Under the pieces are notes generated by a model that did not search any database, was not told the origin of the DNA, and was given only the letters and a program-made list of their open reading frames with translations. Below are positions 1 through 7,901 of a stretch of DNA of 54,850 nucleotides, piece after piece (positions within the stretch are counted from its first letter, which is position 1; every line of letters starts with the position of its first letter). Source of the stretch: Collinsella sp. (lineage in GTDB: Bacteria; Actinomycetota; Coriobacteriia; Coriobacteriales; Coriobacteriaceae); NCBI GenBank assembly GCA_048448865.1, contig DBGBLM010000036.1, forward strand, positions 1 to 54,850, given 5' to 3'. The translations under genes and the position numbers were made by a program.

Positions 1-7
1 TTGGCAT
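1..7 (-). CDS. 5' end of a gene running off the left edge
   Basis: Minus-strand ATG at 7-5 preceded by GGAGG RBS (17-13); only two codons visible. Confidence 0.4.
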
Positions 8-177
8 GGGAGCCTCCCAACCTCGTTGCGGCGCGGCTGCGCCTATGGCACTTCAACATCATTGTCGCAGCCCCGACCCGCGGTCACGAGCGGGGGCTCC
101 TATCTTTTTAGTGCCCTCGGATTGGGTCATAGTGTCTGTCCATCCTCTACCTGCGTCGTTGCCATGGTGCGGCACTT

Positions 178-235
178 GTAGTCATTGGGGACGTTCTTAA
201 ATGACCAGGCGGCAGTTGGGGACACTCCTTGTGCC
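178..235. repeat. GGGGAC-core palindromic repeat cluster, copy 1
   Basis: 31-bp GTAGTCATTGGGGACGTTCTTAAATGACCAG (178-208) identical to 20174-20204, followed by a second TGGGGACACTCCTT unit. Confidence 0.85.
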
Positions 236-255
236 AGCGTTGCATCGATTGCTTG

Positions 256-425
256 GGAAACCGTGACCCGGTTTTTGGCCGAATAGTGGGTCGCATTTTC
301 CGGATGGGGTGGGTTACGGAAAGTGCGACCCGGAATATTACTCTGAAACGGGATGCGGTTTCCCTGATGCGCCTCAAACGGAAAGCGCATCCCATTCCGG
401 AGCTCCAAAACGGGATGCGCTTTCC
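256..425. repeat. 170-bp array of six alternating 14-bp half-sites (family A, copy 1)
   Basis: GGAAA-N6-CCC / GGG-N6-TTTCC at 256, 288, 318, 350, 380, 412; spacers 18/16/18/16/18. Confidence 0.9.
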
Positions 426-467
426 GCGCGGAAGAATTGCCGCAGCTGCGTTAAGCAGTGTCGCTCG

Positions 468-1136
468 TTACTCGCCCAGCACCAGCGCCGCGAGCTCTGC
501 CTGGGTGTCCACCACGTAGTCGGCGCCGGTGGCTTCCAGCTCTGCGCGGCCGCGGAAACCCCAGCTGACGCCCGCACTCTTAAGGCCGGCGTTGTGGCCG
601 GTCAGGATATCGACATTGGAATCGCCTACGTAGAGCGTGGTCGCCGGGTCGGCGCCTAGCTCTTCCATCACATGCAGCGTGACGGGTGCTTCGGGCTTGG
701 GCGGAAACGCATCGACACGGCCCTGCACCAGCGCAAAGCGCTCGGAACCAAAATACTTTTCGATAAGCGGAGCCGCCGAGACGTGGTCCTTGTTAGTGAG
801 CACGGCAAGCTGAACGCCCGCGGCGCGCAAGCGGTCGAGCATCTCGATCGTGCCGGCATAGGGAGCGGTGTGGTCTTCCTTGTGCTCGCCGTAGTAAGCC
901 CTAAACTCGGCAAGTGTCTGCTCAAACATGCGGCCGTCGCCTGCGTACTCGGCGGGCATAAAGCGCTCAACCAGCTTGAGCATGCCGTTTCCCACCTTGT
1001 AGCGGTACTCGTCAACGGCAAACGTGGGCCAGCCGTGCGCCTCGCAGGTATGGTTGCCGGCGGCCGCCAGGTCCTCGAGCGTGTTGAGAATGGTGCCGTC
1101 CAGGTCAAAGATCACATGGGAAAAAGCTGCTGCCAT
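468..1136 (-). CDS. HAD-family hydrolase (phosphoglycolate phosphatase-like)
   Basis: FDLDGT motif I, TNK, KP..P, YVGDS..D motifs; AGGAG RBS before ATG 1136. Confidence 0.9.
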   Translation of the reverse strand: MAAAFSHVIFDLDGTILNTLEDLAAAGNHTCEAHGWPTFAVDEYRYKVGNGMLKLVERFMPAEYAGDGRMFEQTLAEFRAYYGEHKEDHTAPYAGTIEMLDRLRAAGVQLAVLTNKDHVSAAPLIEKYFGSERFALVQGRVDAFPPKPEAPVTLHVMEELGADPATTLYVGDSNVDILTGHNAGLKSAGVSWGFRGRAELEATGADYVVDTQAELAALVLGE

Positions 1137-1241
1137 GGGTGCTCCTGCCGCTTGAGTTGTAAAACGCACCCCATGATACTGGGCATGCGTGCCGGGCATG
1201 TTTGGAATCTGAATATCTTTAATAGCCCTGAGCCTTTGTCG

Positions 1242-2276
1242 TTAGCAAATTCTCGGCAGCTGCTCTCCTACGAGCATGTCGAGGATGCGGGTCGAGCCCC
1301 AGCCGGTACGTACGCGCACGGCGGGTCGAGCGTCCGATCCAAGTGGCAGCACGCGGCCGATGATGGCGGCATTCTCGCCGTAGCGGGCGGCGCGCATGGC
1401 GCTCAGCGCGGCATCGGCTTGCTCGGCCGGCACGACGGCAACCATCTTGCCCTCGTTTGCCACCTGCAGCACATCGTAGCCGAGCATCTCGCAGGCGGCC
1501 TGCACGTCGGGACGCACGGGCACGGCATCCTCGTCGATCTCCATGGCAACGCCGCTGGCCTGCGCAAACTCGTTGAGCGTCGAGGCCAGGCCACCGCGCG
1601 TGGGGTCGCGGAAGCAGCGTGTGTCGGGTGCTGCGGAAAGCACATCGGCAATCAGGTGGTTGAGCGGCGCGGCGTCGCTTTCGATGGTGCTCGAAAACGC
1701 CAGACCCTCGCGTTGGCTCATGATAGCGATGCCGTGGTCGCCCAGTGTACCCGAGACCAGGATGACATCGCCGGGCTGGCAGTTTGCGCCGCTGAGCGCC
1801 ACGCCCGCAGGCACCTCGCCCACGCCGGCGGTATTGATGTAGGCGCCGTCGGCCCCGCCGCGCTCGACCACCTTGGTGTCGCCCGTGATTATGGACACGC
1901 CCGCCTCGCGTGCCGTCTCGGCCATCGTCTGCACAATCTGGCGGAGCCTATCCATGGGATAGCCCTCTTCGAGGATAAAGCCGCACGATAGGTAGCGCAC
2001 GTTAGCGCCCGAGGTCGCGACGTCGTTGACGGTTCCGCATACAGCGAGGCGGCCGATATTGCCGCCGGGGAAGAACTGCGGCGTTACCACAAAGCTGTCG
2101 GTCGACATGGCGATTCGCCCGCTTGCGGGCAGCGCGGCGACACCGGCATCGTTGCCCGCAAGCAGCTCGGGCGACCCAAAGGCATCCAGAAAGACCTCAT
2201 CGATAATGCGTTTCATCATCTGGCCGCCGGAGCCGTGGCCCAGCAGGACAGTGCTATCGGTGGCAGTACGGGACAT
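1242..2276 (-). CDS. hypE: Hydrogenase maturation carbamoyl dehydratase HypE
   Basis: HGSGG, TDSFVV, GDTKVV, RDPTRGG and C-terminal LPRIC. Confidence 0.97.
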   Translation of the reverse strand: MSRTATDSTVLLGHGSGGQMMKRIIDEVFLDAFGSPELLAGNDAGVAALPASGRIAMSTDSFVVTPQFFPGGNIGRLAVCGTVNDVATSGANVRYLSCGFILEEGYPMDRLRQIVQTMAETAREAGVSIITGDTKVVERGGADGAYINTAGVGEVPAGVALSGANCQPGDVILVSGTLGDHGIAIMSQREGLAFSSTIESDAAPLNHLIADVLSAAPDTRCFRDPTRGGLASTLNEFAQASGVAMEIDEDAVPVRPDVQAACEMLGYDVLQVANEGKMVAVVPAEQADAALSAMRAARYGENAAIIGRVLPLGSDARPAVRVRTGWGSTRILDMLVGEQLPRIC

Positions 2277-2328
2277 ATCGAAAACTCCAATCGTGGGTGG
2301 AATCGGCAATAGCCGAGTGTGGCAGAAT

Positions 2329-2490
2329 CGATGTTAAGTAAAAGTCAGCGAGCGCCATTCAGACGAAGTGAGTTGCCTTGAAAGAGGAGGCTGCTGGGCT
2401 TTTGCCCGCAGCCGACGATTGAAAGGCAAATCGCTCGCCTGAATGGTGCGCAGCGTCGGCCGGTCCGCCGTTCGTTAGAACGGCGGAACC
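2329..2490 (-). ncRNA. Putative structured non-coding element, copy 1 (homologous to 20000-20162); functional strand uncertain
   Basis: Short hairpin plus long interrupted hairpin; unpaired motifs shared with the second copy while the stems differ compensatorily. Confidence 0.65.
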
Positions 2491-3605
2491 TAGCAGTCGC
2501 GGTAACGGTAGTACGCCGCGCAGCTGCCTTCGGAGCTCACCATGCAGGGGCCGACGGGGTGTTCGGGCGTACATGCGTGGCCAAACAACGGACAGTCACT
2601 CGGCGTGATGGCACCGCGCAGCACGTCGCCGCAGCGGCACCCGCGTGGTTCGACCGTCGGTTCAATGGGCGCGTCAAAGCGGACGCCGGCATCAAAGCGT
2701 GCGAATTCGGGTCGGATAGAAAGACCCGAGCTGGCAATCGGTCCCAGCCCGCGCCACGTGGTGTCGCACGGCTCAAATACCTGTTCGACCAGCTGGCGCG
2801 CTACGGGATTGCCGTCTGCATTGACGCCACGGCGGTAGGCGTTGTCGATTGCGGGCCGGCCCTCGACAACCATCTGGACCAGCATGCAGATGCCCTGCAA
2901 GATATCGACCGGCTCAAACCCGGTGACTACGCCGGGGGTCTCGAACTCATCGACCAAAAACCCAAAGGGTGCCAGGCCTGTGATGGTAGCGACGTGACCA
3001 GGCAGGATAAAGCCGTCGATGGTCGTCTCGGGGTCGTTGGAGATCGCACGCAGAGCCGGCGGCGTGGTCTTGTGAGCGCAGTAGACCGAGAAGTTCTGGA
3101 GCCCGCGTGCGTCGGCCTCCAGGATAGCGGCGGCAATGGTGGGCGTTGTGGTCTCAAAGCCGACGCCCATAAAGATGACCGGGCGTTCGGGATTTTGCTC
3201 GGCAATGTCGAGTGCGTCGAGCGGAGAGTAGACGATGCGGATGTCGCGCCCCGCCGCTTTTTGCGCGGCAAGCGAGGTGGACGATCCGGGCACGCGCATC
3301 ATGTCGCCAAAGGTGGTGATGATGGCGCCGTCCATGTTGGAAAGCGCGATTGCGTGATCGATGTCGCGGTTGGCGGTGACGCAAACGGGGCACCCCGGGC
3401 CGCTTAGCAGTTTGAGTCCCGTCGGCATAATGGAGCGAAAGCCATAGCGCCCGATGCTCACGGTATGCGTGCCGCAGACTTCCATAAGGTTGATGCTGCG
3501 GTTGCCGACAAGCTCATGAATACGATCGATGAGCTCGCGAGCCAGCTTGGGGTCGCGAAATGCCGAAAAGTCGATACCGGAGCGAACCGGCTGCGCCGCC
3601 GCCAC
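2490..3605 (-). CDS. hypD: Hydrogenase maturation protein HypD
   Basis: MEVCGTHT, GPGCPVC, GFETT, PGHV, CMVSSEGSCAA motifs. Confidence 0.97.
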   Translation of the reverse strand: MAAAQPVRSGIDFSAFRDPKLARELIDRIHELVGNRSINLMEVCGTHTVSIGRYGFRSIMPTGLKLLSGPGCPVCVTANRDIDHAIALSNMDGAIITTFGDMMRVPGSSTSLAAQKAAGRDIRIVYSPLDALDIAEQNPERPVIFMGVGFETTTPTIAAAILEADARGLQNFSVYCAHKTTPPALRAISNDPETTIDGFILPGHVATITGLAPFGFLVDEFETPGVVTGFEPVDILQGICMLVQMVVEGRPAIDNAYRRGVNADGNPVARQLVEQVFEPCDTTWRGLGPIASSGLSIRPEFARFDAGVRFDAPIEPTVEPRGCRCGDVLRGAITPSDCPLFGHACTPEHPVGPCMVSSEGSCAAYYRYRDC

Positions 3606-3865
3606 TAGTATGCCTCGGCCGGGTCGGTGGCGAGCTGGTCCTCTTCGGCCAGCTCGGTCATGGTATTGACGAGCTCGAGTGTCTCCTGGGCTTCCTGCTC
3701 GTCGACAATCTGAATGCCAAAGCCGGCGTGCACGAGAATAAAGTCGCCTACCTGTGCCGTCGGCACGAGGCGCAGCGAAACGGGGCGCTCGATGCCCATC
3801 ATGTCGACGGTCGCCTTAAGGTCGTCGTCGCGTTTAACCACTTTACCGGGAACGGCAAGGCACAT
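3605..3865 (-). CDS. hypC: Hydrogenase chaperone HypC/HybG
   Basis: N-terminal MCLAVP and LVHAGF motif. Confidence 0.97.
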   Translation of the reverse strand: MCLAVPGKVVKRDDDLKATVDMMGIERPVSLRLVPTAQVGDFILVHAGFGIQIVDEQEAQETLELVNTMTELAEEDQLATDPAEAY

Positions 3866-3996
3866 AATGTTCCCCTTTTATACGTTTTGCGCTGGATAGG
3901 CGCCTAATTACCCATCAGTTGATGGTAGCGCTCGCGGGAGTCACGAGCAAACGCGTTACACCTGTGAGACGGCGGCGCGCAGGCTGGCAAAACAGC

Positions 3997-6450
3997 CTAT
4001 CGCAACGCCGTCTGCGCGAGGCGAGCGCGGGCGATGGCGGCCTGACCGTAGGCGATGCAGCCGTCGTTGACGGGCACAGCGTGGGGGACCAAGACGGCAA
4101 GACCGGCGTCTTTGAGCTCGTGGGTAAGGAGCTGAAGTAAAAGCCGGTTCATGAACACGCCGCCCGAGAGCGCGACGGTATCGAGGCCTTCGCGCGCACA
4201 GATTTTGCGTGCGATTCGTGCCGAAGGGCGCGCGATGGCGATATGGAAGTCGAGCGCGAGCCTGTCGGCCGGCGCGCCTGCCTCGATTCCATTCAGAAGA
4301 GCTTCGATGAGCGGTTGGGGGTCCAAGATGGGGGAGTCGTCGGCAGACGTGAATACGCCTGCATGATTGCCGTCGAGACGAACGGTCGCACCGCCGAGCG
4401 CGCGCCAGGCGGCGGCTTCGAGTTCGATGGCAGGCTCGCCTTCGTAGGTTGCCTGCCCGCAAATGCCCAAAACTGCAGCGGCGGCGTCAAAGAGGCGCCC
4501 CATACTGCTCGTGCGTGGGCTGTTGATGTTCCGCTCGATCATCGTAGCCGTGATGCTGCGCGTCTGCTCGTCAAGGGTGCTCAATAGCCCTGCGGCACCT
4601 GGGTGCTCGAGCAGGCCGAGCTCACTGAGCAGGGCAAAGGCGTTGCGGCGGGCGTCGCGCACGGAGGCCGCCCCGCCGGGGAGTGCCCAGGTGCGCAAAT
4701 GCGCGGCGCGCTCAAAGCCGCCAAGGCTGGCGACAAGGAACTCGCCGCCCCAAATGGTTCCGTCGGTGCCCGCCCCCGTGCCGTCAAAGGCGATGCCAAG
4801 GACGCGCGCGTCGGTTGTAAGCTGGCCCGCGGCGATAGCCTCGGCCATTACGCTCGCGATATGCGCATGATGGTGCTGCACCTCGACGAGCGGCAGATTG
4901 CATTTTCGTGTCTGTTCGCGTGCCCACTGACTCGATAGATAGCTGGGATGCAAGTCGCAGGCCAGCGCGGCGGGCGTCAAGTCAAAAAGGTCTTCCAAGC
5001 GCGTGCGCGCGGCGTTCCAGGCATCGAAGGTCTCGCCGTTTTCAACGTCGCCGATATGCTGCGACACAAAACAGGCCGCCTCGCCGTTCGTGTCCTCGCG
5101 CGTGAATGCGATCGTTGCCTTTTGCTGTGGCCCGCAGGCGAGCACGCAGGACGGAGCGGCGTCGAGTGCCGGCAGCGGCAACGGCCGAGGCGCATATCCG
5201 CGAGCGCGGCGCACGAGCATAACGGCACCGTCGACCAGGCGCACCACGGAATCGTCGTAGCGCGAGAGGATCGCGCGGTCGTTGCCGAGCAGCGCATCGG
5301 CGATGCCGGGGGCAACGAGGTGTTCCCAAGCAAGGTCGTCGTCGATCTCGATAGGTTCCTCGCTCAGGTTTCCGCTGGTCATGACGAGTGCGTGCATACC
5401 GCGCGCCGCGGCAGCTGCAAGCAGCAGATGTTGAAGCGGTGTATAGGGGAGCATGACGCCGAGCTCGGGTAAATCGTGCGCGACGGATGGCGCGAGCACG
5501 AGGGCGTCGGGGGAATCTCCCTCGCCAACAGCACGTCGGCGCAACAGCACGATGGGGCGGATGGTACCGGTTAGCAAGCCGCGCTCGGCATCATCGACGT
5601 GGCACAGGCGTTCAGCATCGGCAAGGCTGCGCACCATAACGGCAAGCGGCTTGTTGCTGCGGCGCTTGCGACGGCGCAGCTCGACCACCGCCTGCTCATT
5701 GGCGGCGTCGCAGGCCAGATGGAATCCGCCCAGGCCCTTGATGGCGACAATACCGCCGCTGGCCAGAAGCTCGACACAGCGGTCAATAATGGCATCGCTG
5801 GTTTCGCGCGTGCTGCCGACGGCTGGCGTCGCCCCCGAGCCTTCGAGCTCCATGTCGCCCGCCGCCTCGCGCCAGGTAATATGTGGCCCGCAGTCAAAGC
5901 AGGCATTGGGCTGCGCGTGAAAGCGCCGGTCAAGCGGGTCGCCATACTCTGCAGCGCACTCGGGGCACATAGGAAAGCAATCCATCGACGTGGCCGCTCG
6001 GTCATAAGGCAGCGACCGGATGATGGTAAAGCGCGGCCCGCAGTTGGTGCAGTTGATAAAGGGGTAGTGATAGCGTCGGTCGGCGGGGTCGAACAGTTCG
6101 CGCAGGCAGTCGTCACAGGTGGCGATATCGGGGGAGATGAGCGTCGTGTGCATGGTCTGATCCCGCGACGCTACGATACGAAAGGCCTGCTCATCGTCGG
6201 CATCCCAAGCATCGGGCTCCAGGTCTGCAACAGCGACATGCTCAACGCGGGCCGCGGCAGGCGCATGCTCCGACAGCGCGGCGACAAAGCCGTCGAGTGC
6301 CTCGACCGAAGCATGCGCCTCGATGTGCACGCCATCGCCCGCGTTGAGCACCCAGCCGCAAATGCCATGCGCCATAGCCTCGCGATACACAAATGGCCGC
6401 ATGCCAACGCCCTGCACAATGCCCGTCACATGAATATGCACATGCCGCAT
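3997..6450 (-). CDS. hypF: Carbamoyltransferase HypF
   Basis: Acylphosphatase GIVQGVG, zinc fingers (CDDC..CTNCGPR, CPEC..CFDCGP), KGLGGFHL, QHHHAH, DGTG; GGAGG RBS before ATG 6450. Confidence 0.97.
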   Translation of the reverse strand: MRHVHIHVTGIVQGVGMRPFVYREAMAHGICGWVLNAGDGVHIEAHASVEALDGFVAALSEHAPAAARVEHVAVADLEPDAWDADDEQAFRIVASRDQTMHTTLISPDIATCDDCLRELFDPADRRYHYPFINCTNCGPRFTIIRSLPYDRAATSMDCFPMCPECAAEYGDPLDRRFHAQPNACFDCGPHITWREAAGDMELEGSGATPAVGSTRETSDAIIDRCVELLASGGIVAIKGLGGFHLACDAANEQAVVELRRRKRRSNKPLAVMVRSLADAERLCHVDDAERGLLTGTIRPIVLLRRRAVGEGDSPDALVLAPSVAHDLPELGVMLPYTPLQHLLLAAAAARGMHALVMTSGNLSEEPIEIDDDLAWEHLVAPGIADALLGNDRAILSRYDDSVVRLVDGAVMLVRRARGYAPRPLPLPALDAAPSCVLACGPQQKATIAFTREDTNGEAACFVSQHIGDVENGETFDAWNAARTRLEDLFDLTPAALACDLHPSYLSSQWAREQTRKCNLPLVEVQHHHAHIASVMAEAIAAGQLTTDARVLGIAFDGTGAGTDGTIWGGEFLVASLGGFERAAHLRTWALPGGAASVRDARRNAFALLSELGLLEHPGAAGLLSTLDEQTRSITATMIERNINSPRTSSMGRLFDAAAAVLGICGQATYEGEPAIELEAAAWRALGGATVRLDGNHAGVFTSADDSPILDPQPLIEALLNGIEAGAPADRLALDFHIAIARPSARIARKICAREGLDTVALSGGVFMNRLLLQLLTHELKDAGLAVLVPHAVPVNDGCIAYGQAAIARARLAQTALR

Positions 6451-6479
6451 GCGACCCTCCTTCATTGAAGTGTGTGCTG

Positions 6480-6974
6480 TTACAGCCCCAAGCTTTGCTT
6501 GGTGGCGGCGCAGGTGAGCTCGCCGTGCTTAACGCCGCGCAGCCCCAGCAACCGGTCCGCCAGCTCGTAGACGCGTTTGCCGCGACCCTTGAGCGCCAGA
6601 ATCTCCAGGCAGTTGTGGTGGTCCAGATGCACGTGCATGGTCGAGACAATCTCGTCGGTGTAGTCGTGCTGCACCTCGTCCAGACGGCGCGTCAGATCGC
6701 CGGTATGGTGGTCATAGATCATGGTGAGCGAACCGATGACCTGCTCGTCGGGCGTGCGCATCTGCTCCTTGGCGATCGAGGCGCGAATCAGATCGCGTAC
6801 GGCCTCGGAACGGTTGGCCACGTCACCGCGGCGCGCAATCTGCTCGTCAAAGCGGCGCAGCAGGTCGTCGGGCGCGGTGACCGAAAAGCGGACCAGCTCG
6901 GAGCTGGAGCCGCTGCAGCGGCAGCTCGCATCGTCGTCCGCACCGTAATCGTGCGAGTGCTCGTGCTCGGCCAC
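6480..6974 (-). CDS. nikR: Nickel-responsive regulator NikR with a His/Cys-rich N-terminal extension
   Basis: RHH (RFSV..NRSEAVRDLIR), YDHH, HVHLDHHNCLE nickel site. Confidence 0.93.
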   Translation of the reverse strand: MAEHEHSHDYGADDDASCRCSGSSSELVRFSVTAPDDLLRRFDEQIARRGDVANRSEAVRDLIRASIAKEQMRTPDEQVIGSLTMIYDHHTGDLTRRLDEVQHDYTDEIVSTMHVHLDHHNCLEILALKGRGKRVYELADRLLGLRGVKHGELTCAATKQSLGL

Positions 6975-6975
6975 G

Positions 6976-7224
6976 TTACACCAGTTTCACAGAGCCGACG
7001 GAGTTATGATCTGCCTCGATGGCCTCCTCGTAGCCCTCGAGCGCATCGTGCGCCTCGTGCAGCGCAGACATGGCGGCCTCGAGCTTGGCACCAATGCGCT
7101 CCATGTCAAAGTTCTCGGTCGCATGCAGCAGCTGATGGCTCCACTCGTGAGCGAGCTCAATGGTGTCGTCGACCTGCTTGACGCTCATGGCAAGCTGGCT
7201 CATGTTCATTCCGACGTCATGCAT
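6976..7224 (-). CDS. Small acidic His-rich helical hypothetical protein, first gene of the nikR-hyp operon
   Basis: 82 aa, AAGGAG RBS, stop 1 nt before the nikR GTG. Confidence 0.75.
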   Translation of the reverse strand: MHDVGMNMSQLAMSVKQVDDTIELAHEWSHQLLHATENFDMERIGAKLEAAMSALHEAHDALEGYEEAIEADHNSVGSVKLV

Positions 7225-7295
7225 GGGAATCTCCTTTTGTGCGGGGCGATATGGTGGTTCAGATTCTACTACGCCCGCCTTGGGCACCGCCGCAT

Positions 7296-7333
7296 AAGAA
7301 AACGGGTGCGAGTCCGTCTGACTCGCACCCGTT
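7296..7333 (-). terminator. Intrinsic terminator downstream of thioredoxin
   Basis: 14-bp perfect stem AACGGGTGCGAGTC/GACTCGCACCCGTT followed by TTCTT on the minus strand. Confidence 0.7.
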
Positions 7334-7444
7334 CACTGGGGGCTGTTTGTGTCTACCATACTATCCGTGGTCGTATGCCTTGCGTTTGGCACTCCGGCGA
7401 GCGGTGCAAAACCGCTCATGGACGGCAGACAAGTAACAAGCGTA

Positions 7445-7765
7445 TTACAGATGCTTCTCCAGCAGTGCCTGAAGTCTTGCCTTGGGTCAGGCGCCAACCG
7501 AGCGGTCGACCTCCTCGCCGTTCTTAAAGACGATTAGCGAGGGGATGCTCATGACGCCAAACTTCATGGCCAGGTCCTGGTTGTCGTCGACGTTGCACTT
7601 GGCCACGGCCAGCTTGCCGGCCAGTTCGTCGGCAACCTCGTCTACGATGGGCGAGAGCGAGCGGCAGGGGCCGCACCACGGGGCCCAAAAATCAACCAGT
7701 ACGGGCAGGCTATCGTTGACGACAGCGTCGAAGTTCTCGGGGGTAATCTGCTTAATGTCAGCCAT
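7445..7765 (-). CDS. trxA: Thioredoxin with an in-frame TGA at codon 93 (recoded or nonsense allele)
   Basis: WCGPC active site, SIP cis-Pro loop; GGC GCC TGA CCC AAG... continues in frame as PKARLQALLEKHL to TAA at 7447-7445. Confidence 0.9.
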
Positions 7766-7901
7766 GGTGACCTCCATAATGCGACGCGGCTCGGCCGCGT
7801 AAAACTCAGTACGACCGTGTTTATACCCAGCGGCTCGCAAAGCAACCACTCGCGGGCGGCTCTTTTATATAATGGTGGGCACGCAAACGATTGGAGAGCG
7901 C

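Noticed and set aside
256..425. CRISPR or TIGR-type guide array reading of families A and B
   Set aside because: Repeats alternate in orientation, are degenerate and only 14-15 bp, and no cas or other effector gene is adjacent; kept as unexplained repeat arrays
127..519. Short ORFs over the repeat arrays (also 15263-15499, 38437-38889, 24277-24783)
   Set aside because: Their mutual peptide similarity (e.g. TGYGFP, ETASR) simply reflects the DNA repeats; no RBS or coding bias
7350..7431. tRNA-Sec or other tRNA next to trx
   Set aside because: No TCA anticodon loop, T-loop or CCA end on either strand
7487..7489. Genome-wide UGA reassignment
   Set aside because: TGA ends other genes at the expected positions (response regulator 9772, rodA-pbpA 41396, fhaB 46217, kinase 47650)
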